The position numbers were made by a program, and so were the translations under genes. The notes below the pieces were generated by a model that saw only the letters and a list, made by a program, of their open reading frames with translations, ran no database searches and was not told the origin of the DNA. Shown here in pieces: positions 11,300 through 24,149 of a stretch of 64,000 nt of DNA (position 1 is its first letter; the number at the start of each line of letters is the position of its first letter). Source of the stretch: Cycas panzhihuaensis (Eukaryota; Plantae; Cycadophyta); the NCBI GenBank assembly GCA_023213395.1, contig CM041465.1, positions 153,581,741 to 153,645,740 on the forward strand, in the 5' to 3' direction.

Positions 11300-14200
11300 A
11301 AACTATAGTTTATCACTACTAACATAGTCTAACAAGTATAAAGCAATGGATTATATACATATTTGTGGTACTTATAAAATAAAGTAGTTTGTGTATGATG
11401 GTTGTGGACATGAAGAGATTCAATCCATTCCAGATAATCTCCATTAGAATTAAAATATAAATTTATAGATTTATATGAGATTTAGATAACAACATACAAA
11501 TCTTGAAATAAGGTCTAAGGCATGACATGTAACATTTTCCTAAACTCTACAATAATTTTCTTACAAAAATTAAAACTATGTCAAAATAATTTCTATCAAA
11601 TCAAGAGTGGGATTCTATCTAAAGTAGTGAGAGGTGCAGAGTAGGGCCATTAACTTGGCAAGTACATTGTATCTCAATCTTAAATTAATATCTCTGATCG
11701 ATTTGAGGGAGGTGTTAAAAAACACTAGGGAGGTATTCCCATCCCTTTTATAAGTGAATTTAGGGAGGCAACAAGCACCTCAACCCAACCTGTCCAAATT
11801 CAAATTAGTATAAAAAATAATAAGCAATAAATGAACACATACCTTAATGGTAATCCATCAGCTTCTTGGGTGGCTTGTGGTGACTGTTATGTGGCTCAAA
11901 GTGCCCTAGGGAGCCCCAAAGTTGGCTTCAATGTGATCTAGGTACACATTAGTAAAAGTACATTAGGTATTATCCCAACATTCTCCCCCATAATGACCAA
12001 TATGAATAAGTCTCAAATTATCTCTGAATTTCTGGAATTTAACTTTGCTCAATGTTTTTTGAAGATATTTGCTACTTGGTCTTCAGTGCTACAATAGGCC
12101 AATTTAATCTCTTCTGCTTATATTAGTTCTTAAATGAACTGATGTTGAGTCTTAATGTGTTTTGTTCTGCCATGAAAAATTAGATTTTTTGCCATCTGAA
12201 TAGCTCTTTCATTATCACACCAAGTTCTTATAGCACATTTTTGTTTTAACTAAAAATCTTGTAGTAGTCTTCTCAACCAAACTGATTCATATGTACTTGA
12301 AACCACTACTTTGTACTATGCCTTAACTATTGATAGGGAAACTGTGTTCTGTTTCTTGGTACTCCATACTACAACTATTGATCCCATATTAAACATATAA
12401 CTTGATGTTGATTTCCTATCAACAATATCTCCTGCCTAATTCGAGTTTGTATAACCTGTCAATCAAAATTTTGATGAAGCTTTATAGTATAACCTATATT
12501 CTGAAGTTCCTTTAAGATAAAGGAGAATTCCTTTCGCTACCTGCTAATGGTTGGTCTTTGGATCTTACATAAATCTAAATGCAACACTGGTTGAGTGTGT
12601 TATATCAGGTCAAGTGGATGTCAAATATATCAAGCTACTGATTACTTGTCTATAGAGTGTAGGGTCTACTAATGTAGAATCATATAACTGGGAGAGCTTA
12701 ATTCTAGTTTCTGCTGGAGTTTCCAAAGGTTTACAATCAGTGACTCTAAACTTTTTTAATAAATCTAGGGTATTTTTTCGTTGGGAGATGAAAATGCCTT
12801 TCTTGTTTGTCCATACTTCCAAGCCTAGGAATTAGTACATTAGTCTCAAATCTATCATCTTAAATTCTTTACACATAGCATCCTTAAAGCGTCATAACAA
12901 GTGGGACTCATTTCTAGTATATACAAGATCATCCACATAAAGTCTTACTATTAAGATTAAGTCTCCCTTGATTTCAATGTAAAGATTAGGATCTACTTTA
13001 AATCTTTCAAAACCTTGATCTCTAAAGTATTTGTCTAAGTAGGAATAGTTGGCCCTGGGTGCTTATTTCAGTCTATAGAGTGTTTTCTCAAGTTTATACA
13101 CTTTGTTTTCTACCCCTTTGACTTCAAAACCAAGGGGTAGAGTGATATAAATATCCTCTTTGATATAGTCGTTGACGAAGACACTTTTAGGGTACATCTG
13201 GTAGACTTTCTAACCCATTTGGGTGGCTAAGATCATCATCATTTTAATTCTTTCTATCTGAGTAACAAGGGTAAAAGTCTCATTTAATCAATGCCTTATA
13301 TTTCAGCATAACCATTAGCAACTAATTTATTTATCAATAGATCCATCCGAGCAACACTTGGTTTTGTAGATCCATTTAATGCCAATAGCCTTTTTACTTA
13401 GAGGTAAGTTGACTAACTCCGAAGTGTTCTTTTTAACAATGAAATTATATTTATCTTCCATTGCCTTTCGCCAAGATGCATGTTTATTAGCCTCATCAAA
13501 AGTTTGAGGGTCATGAGATTCTAATACTTTGCTCATGAGGGTGAAATTAACCCTATGTGAGAAGATGGATCTATAAAAGTTGTCTAATATATTTCCCAAG
13601 TCATGATTCTGTTGAATACATTTTAGAAGATTTTGTGGTGGAAGTTGAGAGGAAGTTCCCTCCTCACTAAGTTCATTGATGACTCTTCTAGAGTCAAACA
13701 TAGGAGGCACATACTTGGATTTGGATGATTTATCAAAATTGATTACAACTTCCTTCTTCTTTTATTGAATATCTTGATAATAGGCATCCTCTTGGAATTT
13801 AACATCTCTACTTAACATGACCCTTTTTGACTTAGGGTCATAAACTTTGTATCATTTGGAGGTTTTGCTATAGCCAAGGAATATGCATTTAATGCTATGA
13901 TCATCTACCTTGGTTCTCCTTTGATCAAGAGAATGAGTATATGCTGGGCATCGAAAGAATCTAAGGTGATATATACTTGGTTTGTAGCCGGTCTAAGCCT
14001 CTTCAAGAGTTTTCCAGCTAAGGGCTTTAGTGGAGCACTTGTTGAGAAGATAGATAGTTATATATACTACTTCAACCCAAAATTCATGTCCTAAATTCTT
14101 ATCCTTTAACATGCACTAGCCATTTCAACTATTGTGTGATTCTTTCTCTCTACTACATCGTTTTACTATGGAGTGCAGGGATTTGTGACTTGTCTTCTAA

Positions 14201-17200
14201 TGCCATGATGAATACAATAAGCTTTGAATTCATTGGAGATAAATTCTCCCCCATTATCTAATCTTAGGGATAGTAACTTGTATCCACTTTGTCGCTCCGC
14301 AAAGGTTTTGAAATTAATAAAGTGTTGAAATGTGTCTAATTTTAATTTGAGGAAGAACACCCATGTCTTCCTTGTGAAATCATTAATGAACGTGATGAAG
14401 TATATATCTCCTACTAATGAGGGGATATTCATTAGATCACATATATTTATATATACCAATTGAAGTGGACTCCATACTTGATGATTGAAGTCTGGAAAAC
14501 TTTCCCTATGTTATTTACCAAGAATGCATCCTTCACATAGGTTTTTTCCCACTTCAATATGTGGTATTCCATTTACCATATCCATTATTTTAATAAGAAC
14601 CAAACTATTATAGTTAAAATGGCCAAATCCCCTATGCCATAATTCGTTGTCCACTTTAATTGTAGTTTGTAGGGCATAGGTATCCGAAGGAGTAAGAATG
14701 AGTTTGAATAATCTATCTTTGGTCATCATTCCTTTTGCTACTATAGCTTTGTTTCTTCTTTTATCCTTGATTACAACTCATCATTATCAAATATAACCTT
14801 GTGATCTTGTCCCATCATCTGCCCTATAGATTATAATATTTTTCTAAAAGCTAGGACATATAAGATATCATCAAGATGTCTATATTCTCCTACATTTATC
14901 ATGATGGCTATATTAATTCTACTAACCGATTCGTAGGATGTATCATTATTAGATATTGTTTATCCTTTCCTACTTTTATCTAAGGTTTGAAATAGGTGTT
15001 CCTTGTGAATCATGTAGGATGAATAACCTGAGTCAATATATCAACTATTATTCTCTTCTTCCTTAGCAGTGAAAATGGATAAAAATAGTATATTATTATC
15101 CTTTGATTCTATTATGTTATAGGTACTCCCTTTGGTGGATGGTCCATATTTAAAAAAGAACTTATCTTCTGAATAACTACTTTTATGTCAATAAGAATAA
15201 TATAAAGGTTCTCTCCTTCCATAGCTTAAACTTTTGCTTCTTAGATAAGATTTATTAATATTGGAAGGTCTTCCCCTTTCCTTATAATATGGGGGTAGAT
15301 TTTCCCTTTGTCTGTTATCATAGTAGTCATAGTTTAACCTTGAGGTTTGAATATTCCCTTAACAATTGGGGCAAGATGTGTGTCTCTCAGATTGTTTTCC
15401 TTGGTTTGGGTACCTGGAGGGTTTATATTTGGTTGATTTCCTCCTTACCTCCTTTGATGTGGGGCTTGGTACTTACTAGGGTCTTGTCTTACATCCCTTC
15501 TAAGGTTTCTATCCATTCTCTTGGAAGGTGATTCCCTAGATTTTGAAGTTCCTGTTTGAGAGTTGGATTGAATTCTAGCCTTAGTAGCAAAGACATGCTC
15601 AAGCGATTCATTAGCATTTTGTTGTTCTTTAACTAATATTAGCATAGCACTTAGTTGCTCTACCTTTAGTGTACTTAGGTCATTTGACACCTCTCTACTT
15701 ATTGCAAATATTTTAAATGTTCTAACATCATCAACGCATCTTAATATTCTTTCAACCACCCATTGTTCTATAAAATTATTCCCAAGAGACCTCATTTGGT
15801 TGGCTATATTATGAACTTTAATTATAAACTCGGTTACTGATTCTGTAGGCATTATTCACAAATTTTCAAACTTGCTTCTAAGGTTTTGGAGCTTAGATGA
15901 AGCAACTCCTTTATAGATCAGCTGGAGTATGTCCTATACTTCTTTTGATTTGGTTGATTTGTGAACACGAGGGAAAACATGGTCCTCTAATGCATAAAAT
16001 ATGAGTGTAAGAGCTTCACTATCCTTTTTAATATTTTTTTTAAAAGTGGCATTTTCTGCATCAGTTGCATTCTATCCTAACTCACTATATCTTATTTTCA
16101 TAATCTCCCACATATCGTTAGTAATGATGATAGGTCTCATCCTCTTACTTTAGTTTAAAAATATATTTCTATTGAATTTAGAAATGATTATGTTTCCAAA
16201 ACTAGAGGCCATTTTTAGTTGAAGTTTTAAAAATATGGTAAATGAGATGAGGTTTGAAAATATTTTAAATTTAAAATTTGACCCAAGTAACAATATCTAA
16301 GATTTTGCCTAAAGTTTTCAAAGTAGACTAGCCCATAATAAGGCTTCTAGGTTCTAAGTTTAAGGGTCTCCAAGGGGAATCTTTGGTTATTATTCTGTTT
16401 AGTGGCGCTTACCCACAAGTGGAAAAACAGAGACCATACCAATACATGAATTCAATGATCCATATACCTCAGTACGAAGGCTACTACGAAGGTTTTTATA
16501 GCCCACTAAGTTGTGGATCCACCTGCGCCAAACTTATATCTACTAACAAATCTAGTAGTAAAAGTTGCACAAACCAAGGTACTCACCCTCTTTAGGTTTA
16601 GAATTGGTCTCCAAATACCAATAAGGATAGGTTCTCTAACTCAGCCTACGACCTAATACATTTTATAGCTAATGGATTTCTTCATCTAATATGAGTAGGC
16701 TAGTTAGTGTGTGTGTGGTGGTAACTTCAGGGGTCCTAACCATTTATCTTACAAATCTAGAAAACAGTGTGATTGATTTGAGAGTTATCTTTCTAATGTG
16801 AGAATATATTAATTAAAATTATGGTCTAGCTTAGGTTTTACAAAGTTCCTTTTATGCAGGAAATAAAGTAACCCAAAAATAAATCGACTAAGCAAGATAA
16901 ATATAGAAATCATCTTTTATGAAATAGAAATGTGCTTCAAACTTTCAAACGAGTATATGCTATAAACATTCTTCAAATCTCACTAAAGTAAGTAAATAAA
17001 GTAATGAAATTTTTCTTCTTCAAGGAAGCCAAAGAATATAAGATAACATGTAAACTAGTTCTTCTAACTTGATATGTTTGTAGAAAGAAACAAGGACCTA
17101 TATGCTCCTTTAATACTTTTAAAATGTAAAGTTAAACTTTGTAGCTTTCAATGATTTTGAGTCAAATAAACAATGGTATTTTACAATTACCTTTGTAGCT

Positions 17201-18730
17201 TTCAAATAAAATAAGGAACTAAAGGCTTAAATAAAAATGAAATGACTTCTTTATCAAAGTATGCAAGATAATAAGAATGTCTAATTATCCCTTTGAAGAG
17301 CAAAATAGTTATATAAAAACTTAAAATTATTAAGTAGAACCTTTACTGAAAGTAATAAAAATACTGAAAAGTTATATGTATTCAATGACTAATGTAAGGA
17401 ATAAATAGATTTAATACAAATGGTACTTGTTTATTGAATTTGCACCACTTAGGTTGTTGAAAGCTCAAAGTGTTAAAAAAAAAAACTCCTAGATATAAAA
17501 TAGCTTAAAATTTTATACAAGGACCAATAGTAACTTCAAGAATCAATTAGTAATGATCAATGATATAAGTATAATCCTTTGAAACAATAAAATTCTTAAA
17601 AAGTTATAAAAAATAGGCTTGTCTAGGTTGAACACAACTCAAGTTCACTAGCTTTAAAAGCCTATAAAATGATGTCAAAATATAAACAAACAAATTCCTA
17701 TATATAGGACACTGAATTACCTTTCCAATGAATTAGACGATTTGAAAAACAGAGTTTGTTTGACAAAGTTATTACAGAAATTGTAAGAAGGCCTCTTTAT
17801 GGCTAGTAAAATAATAACTGAAAGAAAGGGTCATTTTGACTGATTAAATCTCACCTAAAACAATATTAAATTTTATAAATAATGATTATACACTATAGCA
17901 CCCTGAAATATAATCACAATGGAACTAGTTTAACTTAAATTTGACATGCCAATAATGAGATTTAACAGAAAACATGATAGAGTCTCTTTGAAGAAAAAAA
18001 ATACAAAGGAAACTTTTAATAAAATAGATTGGCCCCTTAGCTAATTAAGCCTAAGGACACATGGGGGTCAATATGACCATTAGTTGGGGACCTAATGGGG
18101 CTCTGGACTTCAAATAACTATGAAAAAGAGTTAATTTCCTTTAAAACCAAAAATAATTAAGAACAATTTATAAAATTTCAAGTTTAAGCCCATTGTCGTT
18201 GAATACCAAGGTCATATAGGGGGTCAAAGTGATTGAAATAGGGGATAAAGGTGATGGACTCTAATTAATAATGAAATACAATTAAATTTTATCAACCTTA
18301 TAAACTTAATACAAATAAAAATAGAAAATGATGACGTCTACAACTTGTTAGACGTCCGCAGCAAAATAGAGACGAAAGAACAGATCAAAACGATTGAAAA
18401 TACTAGTAGATGCTTATGGGATCTAAGGAGGATCTAAATATGATGGTAACAATGGATTTAGGGAAGAAATCAGGTTGAAAAATGGCATCAGAAATGAGAT
18501 TTTTACTCACAAACTTAGAGGAGGGCGTATAAGTACTAAGAGATTCTGGAGCCTTGAAACCACTTCAAATGGTCATCAAACTCCATGAAATCACAGAGGG
18601 AGAGGTGCGACACATAGAGGGAGATCTTGAAATAGATGGTACTACTAATGATACTTTGATTTAAGAGAATAAAGGTGCCAAAGTATGAAGGTCTTCTTAG
18701 ACCATACAAAGAGGAACAAAGCCAGATATA
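11300..18730 (-). mobile_element. E2: decayed Ty1/Copia retrotransposon with long leader; 5' LTR and PBS missing
   Basis: 3' LTR edge at 11980 (CCCAACA) with PPT at 11981-11990; the other edge of this LTR is unresolved (11117-11530). Gag-PR-INT-RT-RH relics in Copia order; leader 16213-~18730. Confidence 0.88.
12000..16212 (-). pseudogene. E2 gag-pol polyprotein relic
   Basis: gag (ESVTEFIIKV..IANQMRSLG..VVERILR); protease *YIDSGYSSYM at ~15011-15043; GAG-pre-integrase LWHRGFGHFN..CEGCILGK; integrase YFITFINDFTRKTWVFFLK..LRLDNGGEF; RT PQTFDEA..KKAIGIKWIYKTK and YVDDLV; many stops. Confidence 0.92.
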
Positions 18731-18734
18731 TGGT

Positions 18735-19085
18735 TAGGGTGCTCTTCCTGTATCTATTGTTTGGACTTGCCTCTTCAAACTCTAGCTCTGCCTCCTTATG
18801 CATCCAAACCTTCTTCCTGGTCCTATACCTGCCTCTCGTTTGAACCTTTAAAGGGCGACCTTCATCAAGTACTGTTCTTGATCTGGGGCATTTCTTTGAC
18901 CCTACCCCATTCTGCTCACAGTGATAACTCATTGTGGATTCCCAACTAGGAGGCTGCGGTGAGTCTCCATCTACACACGGTCTGTAGCACTCCAGTACAA
19001 TGTATGCTCACTGTTGTTTTCATCTCGTAGATCGTCGTCGTCTTCGTCTCACAGATCGCCGCCCAAACCCTTATTAGAGCGTGAA
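18735..19085. other. CpG-retaining, higher-GC segment of unknown origin between truncated E2 and truncated E3
   Basis: Abrupt compositional shift (e.g. GATCGTCGTCGTCTTCGTCTC); no visible counterpart in E1 or E3. Confidence 0.5.
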
Positions 19086-19109
19086 GCAAAATGTTAAGTT
19101 AGATCATTC

Positions 19110-22100
19110 CTTGTGAAACTTAAACTTGAAAAAAACTTTGAATGTTTGTCCTTTAGCTTGATCATTATTAACTTGCCTCATCCTTTTGGTGATACGTGTT
19201 TCTTTAACATTGAGTGGTTCAAATGATGTCCAACTATGTGTAGCTTAATTTAAATGAAGATGAATGGAGGCAACTCTAGCTTTATCTCCTAGAACTTTGA
19301 CTTTGTCTTATGAAATCTTTGTGTTTAGAGTAACTATCATATCATAAGATTTCTCCCCCTCAAATGGAGGATCAACTTCATGTGCAACAAGGTAATCGTT
19401 CATTTGAATTAAATACTCTACCTTAGTCTTTCCATCACAATCAACCTACCCTGACATATGTCTCACATGCTCAATAATATCAAAGTTGAATTCATTTATA
19501 TTAAGGGTTTCTCCCCTATAAATAGAATCTGAGGTGTCCCATATGACTTTGGAGGTTATCATTTCACAAACTTTAGAAAAAACATTATCATCTATAGTGC
19601 AAAATAATATAGCTAAGACTTCATTTTCCTGTTTTATGTCTTCTTTATTATTAAGGTCATATCCATCTTGTAGGTATCTCCAAAGATCATTTATAATAAA
19701 ATAAGTTTGCATTGTTTTATGCCATTGTGAAAAATCATGGCCATCAAATATAGGAAATTGTATTTTATTTAGATTGATTACCATTTGTATAAAAAACTTT
19801 AGTACATAATAAAAATAATATGTTATACAAGTAGACAAATCCTTAAATGAGTTTAATACTAATACAAGTAAATGATAAAAATATTCTAGAAAAGAACACA
19901 AGCCAAATTTAATAAGTTAACAATGATGTAGCCTTATCAATAAATTCTAAGAAAAAAAATGTAATGCCTTTGAGAGTGAAAAAAACCTTTGGAAAGTAAA
20001 TTGTATTACCAACTAGAAGCAATTTTTATAAGTGCAATAAGTAAATGAACTTTTCAACACTTATGAAAGAAAGTAACTAAAATACTTTTAGTTATGCAGA
20101 TCTGAAATAAGACTTTTTCATGATTAAAAAAAAAAGAATTATTAACCTAGTGATTTGTAAATAAACAAACACAAACTTGAGCAAGAAGATGACCTTTTTT
20201 TCAATGCAAGAAATCTTTAGACCTTGATGAAGATATATAATGTTGAAAATCTGAAATATATATGTATATTTTCACTTTAATAAAGATAAAAAATATAAAG
20301 AAGAAACTTTAAAAAAATGAATTGTACACATTTTATGTTACAGGACCACTTGGCTTGTCACCTTCTTTAGATGTATATGATCAATTTTTGCTACAAATCA
20401 ACTTAAAAGCATCTATAAGAAGGCAAGCTTCTTGGGATATCTCAAATGCACAAGTTGATCAGCTTCAAAGCTATACTAAAAAATTTCTAAATAAGGTGAT
20501 ATTTCACCAATTTAAATATTAATAAAATATCTATTCAATGAAACTGACCGTTTTAAGATCGGGTTCCTACAAATTAATATTTTAATATACAAAATATGAA
20601 GTCATCTTTTTTAGGCTTAACGAGAGCCTAGGGCTCAAAATATTATGAAATGCTAGTAAAATTCTTATAGAACAATGTAAAATGATTAAATATAGTTTAG
20701 AGAGCTACTTAATATACTTTTTGGTTAAAATTTTTGACAAATAATGTATAAAAATATGCAATAATAATAAATTGGAAGCTATTATGTACCTCAACTTTGA
20801 TGGCTTTGAAAATGTGCAAGAACACTTTAAAACTTATAAATAATAATGTCAGTTTAAAGATGAATGAGTTAGTTTCCCAACAAAACTGATGGATTTGAAT
20901 TCTGATACGAAACTGAAAAGTTATAATGAAAATAACATTAAGTACTTTTTATGTTAATAATCTAATAAGGGCTTTTTTAAAAAAAATTGACTTAGACTAA
21001 TTAGAAACATGTCAAATCAACTCCAAATATGGTAAATAACCAGTCTAAACTATAGCCTAGAAATTATGGACTCAACGGGATAGGTTTCATTAGAAACAGA
21101 TACCCCAGTGAAGAGATATTATAAAAATTAGTCGGGTGCCCTATGTATTAAGGAAAAGTTTTAAAAATAAAAAATAAAAAAATTATAAAGGTTAAGTTAT
21201 CCCCTTTAACAAATAAACTATGGGTCACATGGGTTGATGTGATGAGGGGCACAACACTTAAGAGGGATTAGGACTTATACATGGATTTGAAAATCTATAT
21301 GATAGGATTTAATTTTTTATATACTTTATAACATAAAACAAATATTATCAAACCATGAATACATTAAATTATGGATGATGGCTATGCAGAGGAAAAAGCA
21401 TGCATGAAAATATGCAATCGAATTAGTCTAGGCATATCTGGATGGAGATGAAGGATCACCATTGGATGACACACTACTCAGGGCTGAAAGCACGCTAGAA
21501 AATAGTAAATAATAAATGCATTAAATCAAAGAGGACACAGTGAGAGAGGATCATATGTGATGCAGGGATTTTTCAAGCCTAAAACATGATGAGATTCGAC
21601 GTTGTAGCTAGAACAAAGGCATCGAGGGTCCACTCAGATGGATCAAATAGAGTTTTTTTTTCTTTTTTTTTTCCAGAATTTCATCAAAGTCTCTACCACC
21701 CAAAAATGAACGATCCACCATTCAAAACAGTAATCAAGTCCTCTATAGAAATATACATAACAAAATCGCTTAAGAATGAACATCCATAAAGATTCATGTA
21801 TTGACAAATACTAAAAGCACAATTTGAAATAACTCAAAGTTTGTCTAGAAAAAATTATACACCAAATAAATCAAAGCTCAATGTTCCAATGACTTCAATA
21901 TCTTCTCGAAAAAAAATCACAAGTAGAAAGCCTGAAACAACATGAATTAATATACCTTGTTATATTGAAAATTATTGATACCAAACAAACTGCTCGTTCA
22001 CTTTACGTAATCTCAGAGGTTTGAGTCCTAGAGGCTTTAATGAGTTCTGAGCTGAGATGAACATAAAACTCAGATGAAGGTGTCAATCTTGAGTTACAGG

Positions 22101-24149
22101 ATTGGGGGTAGGTAATGCACACCGATTAAATATGTTCTCGCATCGTCTCTAGGGGAAACAGGTGCTCAGATCATAGAGACAAAGATACATGCTAAGAAGA
22201 TCCTCAAATGAAGATCTCATTTAAAAAAAAAAAAAAAATTAATATAATTTATATATATATATATAAACGAAAAAAAGGTTTTGTGCGGCTACTAAATCAT
22301 GACAAAATAGAGATGAAATTTGTGCATTAAAAAAACTTTTAAATCAATCGAATATTTAATGAATGTCCTGAATACATCTTCCCTGATTGATCTATAGTGT
22401 TCTCACTTGATAATTGAATAAAAAAAATTTTAAAAAATGTATTTTTTATATATAAAAATGAAAAAATATTTATTGAATATGCGCAATCGCTAGAGGTCAT
22501 ATAATGGCCAATTTTAATCTGAGGATCAATTAAAATAACTTGTAAATTAATTTGAGAGAGACGCCAACAATCTGTAATGAAGAAAAACTTTAAGAAAATT
22601 AATATTTAATATAAAATAAAATGAAAAATAACGAATATAATGCCGTACAGTGATGGACAAAGCACAAAGATGTAGATTAATTTGGAAATTAATAAAAAAT
22701 CTTTGGAACCTATTAAAAAATGATCTAAATAGGGGTGCAACAGATCCACAGAGGAATTTGATCATAAATCTTTCAAAAAATATAATTTTTATATAAAAAC
22801 ATTTAAAAAAATGTGTGAACAGAAGGATGCACTTGGAGGGAAAGCTTTAGCAGGTTAGATCTCACCAATGGAGGAAAAAAATCTGACAAAATTAGAGGAG
22901 TAGCTCGATAGAATTGATGGCAATATCTCTATCAAATTTTGTGACAAATAGATGACTATATGCAGAGAACAAAGCTTTGGCTCCCAAGGAGGTTGTACGT
23001 ATTTATGGAGACAGTGCGCCTCAAGAAATGCTTAAAATTAGACTGAACTTCTTTGGTCTATCTTATATCAGACCTGCGCCCCTTTCACATAAAAAATATG
23101 ATAAAAAAAGAAGTCAAAACAAGCAAATAAGAGAAGAGGTAGTACGGTTTTACTACCAAAAAAATAGCCAAGTTTCCAGGAGAGAGATCTCCTTGTCAGA
23201 GCACCAAAAATTAAAACCGTTGAATCCAATATAAAGCTGACTCAGAGAACTTCGAAATGACTAGTGATTTGCTTGGGTTTCATTCACTGTGGAGACTGCA
23301 CCAGCCTGTAAAATGAATAAGTTCCTTCCTAAACCTTGAAAAAATGATGAATAGATAATAAAATCTTATAAAATATTAAATGAGATTTTAATATAACTTC
23401 TCCAAAAACCTATTAGTCTAAACATGCAACAATTATTACATAGATCTGAAAAAATATTGAATAAATAGACTAAATACACCAAACATGGCCAAATATTTAA
23501 TAAAATATGTAAAACTTGTTCATAAAAACTTCATAAAGTGATGAGATCTTGAATATTTTACTCATTATAGCTATCATCCTACACTGATCTATGAAAACAT
23601 AGGTTATTTTACAAATATAAATTAGAAATAATCAAAATTTTTAATAAAAATATAGTATAAGAAACTGCTAATAAGCTTTGTAGAAAATGAATAGAACTAA
23701 TATTTGGCTTGCCGTGAGTAGATCTGCTTCAGAAATTAATGGATCTTCTTACTCTAAAAAAAACCTTCAATAGGCCAAAATCGGAGCTAATATACGCAGG
23801 ATCTATGCTCTAATACCAAATGAGGGTTTGTAAAATGGAGATAGAATGGAGTAATACATCAAGTAATTAAACCATTGTTGCATAAACACAACAATCTTTT
23901 GTATTCAATCCATCTTTAAGAAAGTATTACAAATGTCCAAAATGAAGATAGTGTCAAAAGACATAAGGGTTTGTCACCCAGTAAAGATATAGTTTGACGG
24001 AGGAGGGAAACCTCCTCAACCTCCAAAATTTTAAATATAATAAAATAATGCTTAACTGAAATAACTTTAACCTTACCTTACTTACCTTCACATGTGTGCA
24101 ATCACATGTGTAAATGGTGGGAGTGAGGTGATAAACATTAACCCCAACA
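19110..24149 (-). mobile_element. E3: E1-related non-autonomous LTR element lacking its 3' LTR and PPT
   Basis: 5' LTR 23821-24149 (329 bp); PBS at 23807-23818; gag relic MVINLNKIQFPIFDGHDFSQWHKTMQTYF (within ORF 19446-19901); leader colinear with E1. Confidence 0.88.
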
